Below, one piece after another: positions 38,067 through 47,200 of a stretch of 64,000 nt of DNA. The notes beneath the pieces are model-generated. The model did no database searches and was not told where the DNA came from. It saw only the letters and a list, made by a program, of their open reading frames with translations. The first letter of the stretch is position 1, and each line of letters starts with the position of its first letter. The translations under genes and the position numbers were made by a program. The stretch is from Planctomycetota bacterium (GTDB taxonomy: Bacteria > Planctomycetota > Phycisphaerae > UBA1845): the NCBI GenBank assembly GCA_016200265.1, contig JACQFE010000074.1, positions 671-64,670 of the forward strand, written 5' to 3'.

Positions 38067-40084
38067 ATTTCGGACTCCGATTCCGCATCTTCGGGAAAAT
38101 CATTGTCATGAACCGCCACATCGCTCGCCGCCACAAGCTCCGGAGATCGCAAGGCCAGAATCGCGTCATAAATTCGACGAGTGGCCATCCGAATCGTCTC
38201 ACGCGTTGGATGGGCCGCACGCAGATCATCGAGCGGCACAGGCGGGCCGAAGCGAATTGTAACGCGATGCGGCGCAAGTGCTCCAGCGAGAACGCTTTCT
38301 CGATAAACAGTCCCCGAAATGTATGCCACCACGACCGGCGCACCCGATGTCAGTGCAAGCATCGCCACGCCGTCCTTTAATCGCAGAGGCTCACCCGGCC
38401 GGGCGATTCCGCCCTCAATGAACAAACCTAGCGCCTTACCCTGCGCGAGATGCTCCAGCCCTGTGCGTGTCGCGCTGGTCTGCCGCGTACCGCGTCGCAC
38501 CGAAATACATTCCGCATAGCGAAGAAACCATGACACAAGAAAGTTGTGCGTATATTCCTCGGCAACCATGAACGAAATCGGACGATACGGTGCGCCGGCA
38601 CATAAGAAAAATGGATCGGGCACCGACGTATGATTTGACGTAATCACGACGGCGCCGGTTCGCGGAATCGTAGAAGGACCTATTCGGCGAAGTCGCCATG
38701 CAAACTTGCATACAAACTCATTCAGATGAATCAGAAACGTCAACACCGGGCCATAACGCGAACGAGCCAAGCGAAATCGCAGTGTCGCGATGCCGGCAAT
38801 CAACATCATCGCCGCGGATAACGCCACTACCAAGCCGACCCACCGGTCCAGCCGCGTCCAATGCGGGAGAGCCAGTGAGCCTGTCGCAAGCAGCAAAGTT
38901 CCGGTCGAAAGAAGATCATTCAATCCAAAAATTCGACCGCGCATTCGATCGGCCACTGTCTGTTGCAAGAGTGATTGAAAGCTGGCCATGACAGATACTG
39001 CAGAAGCGCCGGCAAGGACTATCCCAACGCTACCAATCCCAGAAAGAACCCGGTCGCTCCATGGCGCGATCGCCGAAGTCGCGAAAATCCCCAATGATAC
39101 GCCGATTCCCAACAATCCCCACGTGATAGCGATTTCACTGCGAAGCGCGTCGCCCAACAACGTCATCAAAACAGCGCCCAGGATAAATCCCAATCCAAGA
39201 AAGGCACGACAATTGCTGATCGCAGGATAGTTTCCATGGTAGCAATCTCGCACGATGGCGGGGATCACGCTGAAGACCAGCGCGCCGCAAAACCACACCA
39301 ACCCTCCGATGAGCAACAATTGGCGGACATGACGATGCGCGCGGACGTATTGAATTCCGTGCGCGATTTCCGAAAGCGCCGCCCGCTTTCCATGGCCCGC
39401 TGCGGAGACTTCATGCAAATCGACTCGCGGCATTCGCATGCACAGCAATAAGACTGCACTTCCGACAAACGATGCGGAATCCCACCGGAATGCCACCATT
39501 GGCGCGTAACGATCCGCGAGGAATCCGCCGATCTTCGCCGCCACCATTGTCGCAATGATCCCCAGCCCGCTGAGCATCGCATTCGCCCGCACAAGCTGAT
39601 GTTCATCCACGATCGTCGGCAACAAGGCGGACCTTGCCGGCGAGAACATTGCCGAAAACGCCCCTACAAGCACCAACGGCGCGAATGCCCCCCACTGGCC
39701 CCAATTCCCGGTAAATGCGATCAGTGAAGCAAACATGAACATGATGACCGCGCGAACCGCATCCGCCGTCACCATTAGTCCGCGCCGCGACGCTCGATCC
39801 GCCAGCGCCCCCGCAAATGGTGCAAAAAGGAAAAATGGAAGGAAAAACGTAAACGTCATGCCGGCCGTGAGCCGGGTGATGTCAACATTCGGATTCAGTG
39901 CGTCCTGCGTCTTCAGGAGTGCCATTTCCGAAAGGTGGTCGCCGGTCGCGCTAACTCCATACGCACACCAGAACAAGATGAAATTGACATTGGCGTACAA
40001 ACGTCGCGGCGGATGATGATTTGTACTCAGTTTCATAAAACCAGTGCGTCGAACAAAATCGGCAATCGCAGGCATTGTCCACAC
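38063..40084 (-). CDS. MFS transporter fused to a PlsC-type lysophospholipid acyltransferase (LplT/Aas-like)
   Basis: Twelve-TM MFS-like N-terminal two-thirds. The C-terminal acyltransferase carries an HX4D motif (SNHTSVPD) and FIEGG. An alternative start is at 40036. Confidence 0.75.
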   Translation of the reverse strand: MWTMPAIADFVRRTGFMKLSTNHHPPRRLYANVNFILFWCAYGVSATGDHLSEMALLKTQDALNPNVDITRLTAGMTFTFFLPFFLFAPFAGALADRASRRGLMVTADAVRAVIMFMFASLIAFTGNWGQWGAFAPLVLVGAFSAMFSPARSALLPTIVDEHQLVRANAMLSGLGIIATMVAAKIGGFLADRYAPMVAFRWDSASFVGSAVLLLCMRMPRVDLHEVSAAGHGKRAALSEIAHGIQYVRAHRHVRQLLLIGGLVWFCGALVFSVIPAIVRDCYHGNYPAISNCRAFLGLGFILGAVLMTLLGDALRSEIAITWGLLGIGVSLGIFATSAIAPWSDRVLSGIGSVGIVLAGASAVSVMASFQSLLQQTVADRMRGRIFGLNDLLSTGTLLLATGSLALPHWTRLDRWVGLVVALSAAMMLIAGIATLRFRLARSRYGPVLTFLIHLNEFVCKFAWRLRRIGPSTIPRTGAVVITSNHTSVPDPFFLCAGAPYRPISFMVAEEYTHNFLVSWFLRYAECISVRRGTRQTSATRTGLEHLAQGKALGLFIEGGIARPGEPLRLKDGVAMLALTSGAPVVVAYISGTVYRESVLAGALAPHRVTIRFGPPVPLDDLRAAHPTRETIRMATRRIYDAILALRSPELVAASDVAVHDNDFPEDAESESEI

Positions 40085-40132
40085 CGAGGCCGCCGCGGCA
40101 ATGACCTTCTCGCTTTCCGCAACGCTCGCCGC

Positions 40133-40993
40133 ATGTTAAATTGGAGCTTGGTGGATCTGATGCAAACCCTACTAGACGACAAGACCGCGGTGGCGGATGG
40201 TTCAATTACGTCAATCGCCACCCCAAAGACTCAGGCTGGCTTCGCATCATGGACATTACCGTTATTCGTTGCTGTCGCCGCGATCGCTGCATGGTCGGCA
40301 ATCATTGCATTCCGCATTCTCCCTTCTTCGGCATTTCCTTCGCCATTAGACGTCCTTTGTGGATTTTCAGAGGAATTGCATTCGGGTAGTTTGTTTAAGG
40401 ACATTGTGGCCTCATTATTTCGCGTTGCCTGCGGATTTGCTCTGGCCGTCATCATCGGACTGCCCGTCGGAATCTGGCTTGGTTCGAGCCTTGCGGCACG
40501 TCGAGCGATGCTTCCCTATGTGAATTTCTTTCGCAGCCTCTCCCCTCTCGCGTGGATTCCCTTTGCCCTCCTGTTGTTCGGCATCGGCGATGTTCCCGCA
40601 ATTTTTCTTGTTTTCCTTGCGGCCGTCTTCCCGCTGATCCTTGCGACCATGTCGGCGATCGGCACAATCCCATCCGTCTTCTTTCAAGTCGCCCGCGAAT
40701 ACGAAATCACTGGCGCATCGAAATGGTGGTCGATCGTTTTCCCGGCCATCGCACCGGATGTCATTACCGCACTTCGTGTTACCGCCGGTTTGTCATGGCT
40801 GGTTCTCGTGGCCGCGGAGATGCTGGGCTGCCAGGATGGCCTCGGTCACGCCGTTTGGGATGCCCGCAACGGACTTCGGATGGACCTTCTCGTTGTGGCC
40901 ATGATCACCATTGGTTGCATCGGCGTGATCGTCGACCGCTTGCTCGTGCGACTGACGCGAATCCCCAGCGTTCGGTGGGGATATGAGCGATAG
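40133..40993 (+). CDS. ABC transporter permease (NitT/TauT family)
   Basis: Track ORF 39935..40993 overlaps the divergent gene; ATG 40133 or 40160 is more likely. It is polytopic with an EAA-like loop region. The stop overlaps the ATPase start. Confidence 0.8.
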   Translation: MLNWSLVDLMQTLLDDKTAVADGSITSIATPKTQAGFASWTLPLFVAVAAIAAWSAIIAFRILPSSAFPSPLDVLCGFSEELHSGSLFKDIVASLFRVACGFALAVIIGLPVGIWLGSSLAARRAMLPYVNFFRSLSPLAWIPFALLLFGIGDVPAIFLVFLAAVFPLILATMSAIGTIPSVFFQVAREYEITGASKWWSIVFPAIAPDVITALRVTAGLSWLVLVAAEMLGCQDGLGHAVWDARNGLRMDLLVVAMITIGCIGVIVDRLLVRLTRIPSVRWGYER

Positions 40994-41741
40994 CGTGATA
41001 CAACTCGACGGGATTAACCATTCGTACGGCGATCTCACCGTGCTCGATCGTATTTCGTTCCAAGTCCGCCGAGCGGAGAGCCTCGCGATCGTCGGGCCAT
41101 CAGGTTGCGGAAAAACTACACTCCTACGAATTATTGGCGGCGATCTGACCCCGTCAAATGGTCGTATCCGGCGCGCAGGGCGCGTTCGAACCGTGCACCA
41201 ACGATCTGGATTACTTCCCTGGCGAACAGTGGCCGAAAACATCGAACTGGGCCTGCGAAACGGCTCGCCGCTTTCGCGAAAACAACCCGAGCTGCAAGAC
41301 TTGTTGCGACTGTTTCGCCTGGAGCGCTTCGCCGATTTCTATCCGCATCAACTTTCCGGCGGCATGAGACAGCGTGCCGAAGTAGGTCGGGCACTCGCCG
41401 GCGAGACCGAAATCCTGTTGCTCGATGAACCGTTTTCATCGCTCGATTACCTGACGCGGCTCCGACTGCGGAATGAATTGGTCGAACTTCTTCGCATTCG
41501 ACCGCGAACCGTCGTGCTGGTAACACATGATGTCACCGAGGCCGCTCAACTTGCCGATCGGATTCTGGTATTGTCCGATCGCCCGGCCATCATACGCCGC
41601 GAAATCCGAATCGAATCCATGCGCCCGCGTGAACCGACCAGTCCCGAAGTCGTTCGCGTGGCCCACGAAATCCTTAGTGAGTTGGGACTGGAGCACGACC
41701 TTCGCAACGGCGTTGCGGATTCGGCGGTGCCGATGATCTGA
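40983..41741 (+). CDS. ABC transporter ATP-binding protein (NitT/TauT family)
   Basis: Walker A is GPSGCGKTT, the signature LSGGMRQR, and Walker B ILLLDEPFS. Confidence 0.9.
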   Translation: MSDSVIQLDGINHSYGDLTVLDRISFQVRRAESLAIVGPSGCGKTTLLRIIGGDLTPSNGRIRRAGRVRTVHQRSGLLPWRTVAENIELGLRNGSPLSRKQPELQDLLRLFRLERFADFYPHQLSGGMRQRAEVGRALAGETEILLLDEPFSSLDYLTRLRLRNELVELLRIRPRTVVLVTHDVTEAAQLADRILVLSDRPAIIRREIRIESMRPREPTSPEVVRVAHEILSELGLEHDLRNGVADSAVPMI

Positions 41742-41744
41742 TTT

Positions 41745-41840
41745 GTGAGGCGGGTTCAACCCGTCAAATTTGTAGGACGAGTTTTACCCGCCGCCATTTT
41801 TTTCTTTGAATTTGTGGCGGGCATAGCCCGCCCTACACTT
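41745..41840. repeat. REP-like palindromes, family C (TGTAGGGYGGGC-N3-GCCCRCC)
   Basis: The hairpin ggcgggc-ata-gcccgcc (41816-41832) is followed by ctaca. A degenerate inverted copy tgtaggacgag...acccgcc starts at 41771. A related copy gtagggtgggccgtgcccacc is at 55959-55979. Confidence 0.7.
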
Positions 41841-41853
41841 GGGAGAAGTTGAA

Positions 41854-42873
41854 ATGAAAATTCCTTGGCCTATTCGCTGGATCGGCGGATTTGTTTTGCT
41901 CATCGCGATACTCGCTGTGCTTCGCATGCGCAGCGGATCGGGGTTATTCAAAGCCATCGCTGAGGCCGACCGTCCTATGCTTCGCGTTGGCTATCTTCCG
42001 GTCACCTGACATCTCACTTGCCCGGTGACGGACTTCGCCACCCGCACCAGCAAGTCGACTCGGTTCGAGTCGCAGAGATTCACGGACTTTCCCACCATGG
42101 TGGAGACGATGAAATCAGGTCGTCTCGACGCCACATTCATGATTGCGCCCCTCGCGATGAAACTCCGCGAACAAGGTCTGCCCGTGAAAATCTGCTACCT
42201 CGGCCATCGCGACGGCTCGACGGTCATCGTCAAAAAGGAGAGCAATGCAAAAGATCTTCGCGACCTCCGCGGAAAAACCTTTGCCATCCCCAGCAAATAC
42301 AGCAACCAGAATCTGGTCATCCGCAAACTGATGGAGGATCAAGGAGTCTCGCCCAGCGAGATCAATTTCGTCGAACTGCCGCCGCCGGACATGCCCGCCG
42401 CTCTCGCCACCGGCGCCATCGACGCATACTTCGTCGGCGAGCCGCACCCCGCACGCGCCGAAATGGACGGCACAGGCCGCGTGCTCTATCACGCCAAGGA
42501 CATCTGGCCGCATTTCATTTCCTGCGTGCTCGTTGTCAAGGAATCGCTCATCCACGAACATCCCGAAATCGTGCGCGATCTCGTTCGCGGCATTGCCGAG
42601 AGCGGCGAGTGGGCTGAAACCCATCGCGAAGAAGCCGCGAAAATCGCCGCGCCGTTCTTCCGTCAGGATGAAAAACTCGTGCGCTACGTTCTCACCGATC
42701 CGCCGGATCGCGTGAGCTATCGCATGCTCACCCCGACTCGCCCTGAATTCCAAAAGATCGCCGATATGGCCCTCGCCGCCGGCATCCTCCAAAAACCCGT
42801 CAACATCGACGACCTCCTAGAACTCTCCTTCATCCCCACCGAAATCAAACCCGCCGCCATCGCCGCGCCGTAG
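41854..42873 (+). pseudogene. NitT/TauT-family (NMT1/SsuA-like) substrate-binding protein gene interrupted by a single in-frame TGA (pseudogene, sequencing error or recoding candidate)
   Basis: ATG 41854 is preceded by GGGAGAAG and encodes the signal/anchor MKIPWPIRWIGGFVLLIAILAVL plus the first strand MLRVGYLPVT. A TGA follows at 42007-42009. The same frame then continues HLTCPVTDFA... into track ORF 42025..42873, which has typical SBP stretches (GKTFAIP, PPPDMPAALATGAIDAYFVGEP). Confidence 0.7.
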
Positions 42874-42880
42874 ATCGAGC

Positions 42881-42912
42881 CGGGTGCCCCAGGCCTTGGC
42901 CTGGGGGACTGA
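42881..42912. repeat. REP-like palindrome family B copy
   Basis: The sequence cgggtgccccaggccttggcctgggggactga lies 8 nt after the stop at 42873. Confidence 0.8.
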
Positions 42913-42957
42913 AAAGACTTGGTTCGAACAGTGAAGCCCTCGGAGAGCCGAGAATTC

Positions 42958-43236
42958 TTACGAACTCGGCTCGATCCTTCCTCTCCCCTGCATTCGCACA
43001 TCGCACGCCGGTGCATCGACGTTCCCCAGCCATTGATCCCACGCTCCATGATTCGACGAGTCCACGCCCTGCTCCCCGGCCATGCGATGCAAATAATTCT
43101 GTAGCTCAATTAAGAAATGCGTGTCCATCAACTCCACATGCTCGCCCAAATGTCGATGCAAAATTCGATAGACCAGCTTCAACTCTTCGAGCGAATGCGC
43201 TCCAATCACGGCCTCCCCGCGCGTTTCAAATCCCAT
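42958..43236 (-). CDS. Hypothetical small protein
   Basis: The 92-aa ORF has a helical-looking core (SLEELKLVYRILHRHLGEHVELMDTHFLIELQNYL). No family was recognised. Confidence 0.35.
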   Translation of the reverse strand: MGFETRGEAVIGAHSLEELKLVYRILHRHLGEHVELMDTHFLIELQNYLHRMAGEQGVDSSNHGAWDQWLGNVDAPACDVRMQGRGRIEPSS

Positions 43237-43825
43237 CGATCAAGTTCCTTTCGGCACTATCAATCGGCCACTCACTGCGTCGATCGGCGTGCCACATGAC
43301 AATATGTTCCATTTGCCATCGAAGCAAAATAGGAAACAACGGACGTCGCTTGATTCTGCGAGACGCGAACTTCATAACGATTTGATAAGACTTCGCCCGG
43401 CCCTAACGGGGCCAAGGATTGTTGCCACGGGTGGAGCGCAGCAAAACCCGTGGGCGTGAGGCGCCTTTCGAACCCCTCTCCCTTCAAGGCAGAGGGCAGG
43501 GTGAGGGTAAAATTTCACGCCTCCGATCAGCGCCAAGAACTGAATCCGGCCGGAAATATCGCCAATCTTCGCGAATTTCATTTGACTTTATCGGATCATG
43601 ATAAATACTTGTTGTGGCGGAGAAATCCGGTAGCTCGGGGTAGATGCGCGGAGCACACGGTTAAGATCGGCCATAGATACCATAGCAATCATCCATACGC
43701 CTGACCTCTTCATCGGCCGTGTTCTGACCTCAACGTCTTCACCGCAATCTACTTCGACAATGTAGTTTCGCATTCGCATTGCGTGCCCGCGCCTCCGTAA
43801 GTTGGGCGCTTTGATGCGAATCGGA

Positions 43826-44236
43826 GTTCGCGCGCCGGGTGCCACTGGCGGCTTGCCCGCCAGTGTGTCGACATGCGAAGGCAAGGCGCTGCGCCTACCC
43901 TCCCCCTTACCAAGGGGCTGAGGGCGACCAAGGCGGAAGCCCGAAGAAGGAAGTGGGTGCCATGGCCAAGCGCAGCGCCGCCATGCAATCGCGCCGAATT
44001 TCCGAATTTTGCCCGCCGATTGCCCTACTCAGGTGTTGTACTCATTGGACGCGGGTTCTCGCGAGCGTCTTTCTTTCGCTCGCGCTGAATAAATCGGGTG
44101 GCGTTGCCCAAGCGTTTGGTGCCGGGTGCCACAGGCGGCTTGTCCGCCCAAGCGACCAACCTCCCCCCTTAATAAGGGGGGACACAAGGGGGTCGTGCCA
44201 TGGCCAAGCGCAGCGCCGCCATGCAATCGCGCCTGT
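43826..44236. repeat. Duplicated composite repeat block (three palindromic modules, two copies)
   Basis: Copy A lies at about 43826-43997 and copy B at about 44118-44236. Both contain gccgggtgccac(t/a)ggcggcttg(c/t)ccgcc, then a cccccttNNNaagggg palindrome. Both also contain the identical 39-nt run gtgccatggccaagcgcagcgccgccatgcaatcgcgcc. Confidence 0.85.
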
Positions 44237-44282
44237 GGAAAGGACCATCGAACAATTTTTCGTTCAAGCGGAGGAAATACCA

Positions 44283-47200
44283 ATGAGTCAGAGGAAATTG
44301 TCGGTTTGTTCACATCCCAGGCGTCGAGGTCAAGAATTCTTAGCTGCAATAGCATTGGTCGCATGGCTTGCGATTGACCGTGCTATCGCCCTCCCGCCAA
44401 ACCAAACCCTGGACGACGCGCGACTGCCGGCGATTGCAACTTCGCCGATCCCCACCCTGCAAGCCGGCCAGTTCGATCCATGCGCCGTTTCGTCACCCGA
44501 CGACTTGGATTGCAACCATGACGGAATACTCGATTTCTGCGACCTCGACATCGGCATCAGCTCGGATTGCAACAACAACGGTATCCCCGACGAATGCGAC
44601 ATCGCCGACGGAACCAGCGGCGACTGCGACCACAACGGCATTCCCGACGAATGCTGGCCGGACTGTAACGGCAACGGCGTCCCTGACGTCTGCGATATCG
44701 TCAACGGTGACGCGATCGACTGCGATGGCGATCTGGTCCCCGACAACTGCGAGCTCGCCCAGCATCCGGAAAAAGACTGCAATCAAAACGGCATTCCGGA
44801 CTTATGCGACGTTTTCAATGGAACATCGGCCGACTGCAATCGCAATTATGTCCCCGACGAATGCGAGATACGAGCCCATCAGGTAAATGACTGTAATCTG
44901 AATGGAATTCCAGATTCGTGTGATATCGCGAGCGGCGCTTCAGACTGCGATTCTGATGGCGTCATAGACGAGTGTGAGATGTCCTACGGAACAGATTGCA
45001 ATCACAACGGCGTGTATGATCCTTGCGACATTCAACGAGGCACCTCAGAAGATTGCAACCAAAATCACATTCCGGACGAATGCGATGTGCAGTTGACTGG
45101 CCATGATTGTGATCGAAACGGGATCGTCGACTCCTGCGAGCTTGCCGCAGGCACGGCCCAAGACTGTGACCACGACCATCGGATCGATGCGTGTGCGATC
45201 GCTCGCGGGCAGGTCACGGATTGCAATCACAATGGGATTCCAGATTCATGCGATCTCGCCTTGGACGCATCGCTCGATTGTGACGGAGATCATGTGTTCG
45301 ATTCGTGTGCCATTGCGAGTGGACTTGTCTCGGACTGTGATCGCAATGGCGTTCCGGATTCTTGCCAATTCGCATCCGGGGATTTCCTGGATTGCGATGG
45401 AAACGGCGTCATTGATGTTTGCGACATCTTTGCGGGCAACGTTGAAGACTGTAACGCCAACGGAATCCCCGATGAATGCGACATTTCCTCAGGTAACTCG
45501 GTTGACGAAAACGGCAACGGCACCCCCGACGAATGTGAAGGGATTCGGCGTTACGTGAGTGCGGCTGCAGCACCCGGGGGCGATGGCAGAACTTGGTTTC
45601 ATGCCATGCAAAACCTACAGGATGCACTTGATGCAATCGCGCTTAGAGACACAGACAATCGTGAAATCTGGGTCTCGCAAGGGACGTATTACCCTACGAA
45701 ACGAACAAACCCCAATGATCCGCGTTCAGCGACATTCGCACTCGTAGAAGGCGTTTCAATTCGCGGCGGCTTTGCTGGCCCCGGACGCCCTGACCCAAAC
45801 GCCCGTTTTTTTGGCACAACTCTCTCCGGCGATATCGATGAAAACGATTCTCCCGATTACCAGAATTACGGCGAAAACGTCTATCACGTTGTAACAGCAA
45901 GTGGACTCGCCGACGCTACACTGGACGGCGTTACCATCAGAGGCGGAAATGCAAACGTCGGCTCCATTCCTTGCGGCGGCGGACTTAATATCGCATATGC
46001 TGGCCTGCACATCCAATCATGTGTATTCGAACAAAACCTGGCTGGCTCACCTTCACTGCCACCGGGCGAAGGCTCAGTGGCATGGAGCAACGGTGGCGGC
46101 GCAGGAATTTGCATTCTCAACTCGGAACAATCTGTGTTCATCAGCGATTCTGATTTTTATGGAAACCACACAACCGGAACAGGCAGTGCCATTGTGATTG
46201 TGGGCGGCCCTCTTGAAGTCGACAATTGTTCATTCGAGGAGAATGGAGCCGAACACGGAGCGACGGTATCCGATGAAGGCTACGCTTCGATCTACATTGC
46301 CCAAAGCACATTCGACAGCAACCATGGAGCCGGCGTCTCAGGTGGATCGGTGGAACTCATCGGCGACGTCTTCAAGTATAACGTTGGAAGTTATGGCGGA
46401 GCCGCTTCGCTGAGCGGGAATGCAATGGTTTCGGACTGTCTCTTTGAGGCAAATTCCGCGCAATTCGGCGGGGCAATCAGCGCTGGGCGCGCTCACCTGA
46501 CCATCAACAATTCAAGATTTTTCCGCAATTACGCAACCAATGGAGGGTCCATTGACCTGGAGAACTGTCCCTCGGCGAAGATCGACTCGTCTTTGTTTTC
46601 GCGGAATTCAGCCGAATTCGGTGGCGCCGCCTTTGTTCGATCGGATGCGACATTCATTGATTGCAACTTCTCCGACAACTACTCGCAAACCTCAGGCGGT
46701 GCGGTACAGATCGCAGGCGGAAACACACGTTTTGAGGCAAACCGATTCTCGAACAACCACTCCGAAGCTGGAGGTGCGTTGGAGATCGACTCCGGAATGA
46801 CCAGCATCAACGATTGCATGCTTTCGACAAATCATGCTGCTTTTGGCGGCGCGATATCACAAACTGGAGGTGAAATGGTGATCGAAGCGTGCACTATCGC
46901 AGCCAATTCGAGCAATGGACTTGGCGGCGGCGTCATCACGAGTGGCGACACGACGATTAGAAATGCGATTTTGTGGGGCAATGTTGAAGACCCCAACGGC
47001 GGCGCGTACACCGACGAACTCGCCCAAGTGGAAGGCATTCGCTTCGTCGATTTTTCGCATTCGTGCGTGCAAGGTTGGACGGGAACCTACGGCGACGACA
47101 CCAACTATGGCGACGACCCAATGTTCGTTGATCCGCTCGGGCCGGACCATCAGCCGCGAACCGGCGACGAGGATTATCATCTAAGTTCCGGCTCACCGTG

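Noticed and set aside
42056-42072. The hairpin cgactcg-gtt-cgagtcg downstream of the in-frame TGA, considered as a SECIS element.
   Set aside because: It starts ~47 nt after the TGA with a 3-nt loop. Bacterial SECIS apical loops normally lie much closer and carry a conserved G in a larger loop. It is kept only as a caveat in the TGA finding.
42115-42792. A 225-aa minus-strand ORF antisense to the substrate-binding protein gene. Similar long antisense ORFs lie in iscS (50995..51636, 51317..51898), hscA (55141..55815), the oxidase (60530..61270) and rpoN (25518..26036).
   Set aside because: The sense strands carry unambiguous family motifs. The antisense ORFs are the usual high-GC shadow ORFs.
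43588-43884. A 98-aa minus-strand ORF (…MRNYIVEVDCGEDVEV…SYRISPPQQVFIMIR) with faint resemblance to HicB-like or RelE/ParE-like termini.
   Set aside because: The resemblance is limited to a few residues. The 5' third is repeat-derived and no partner gene is evident.
43839-44282. An N-terminal 148-codon extension of the giant protein ORF as given in the track.
   Set aside because: The extension is made of the duplicated palindromic repeat block. A signal-peptide-like start follows at ATG 44283.
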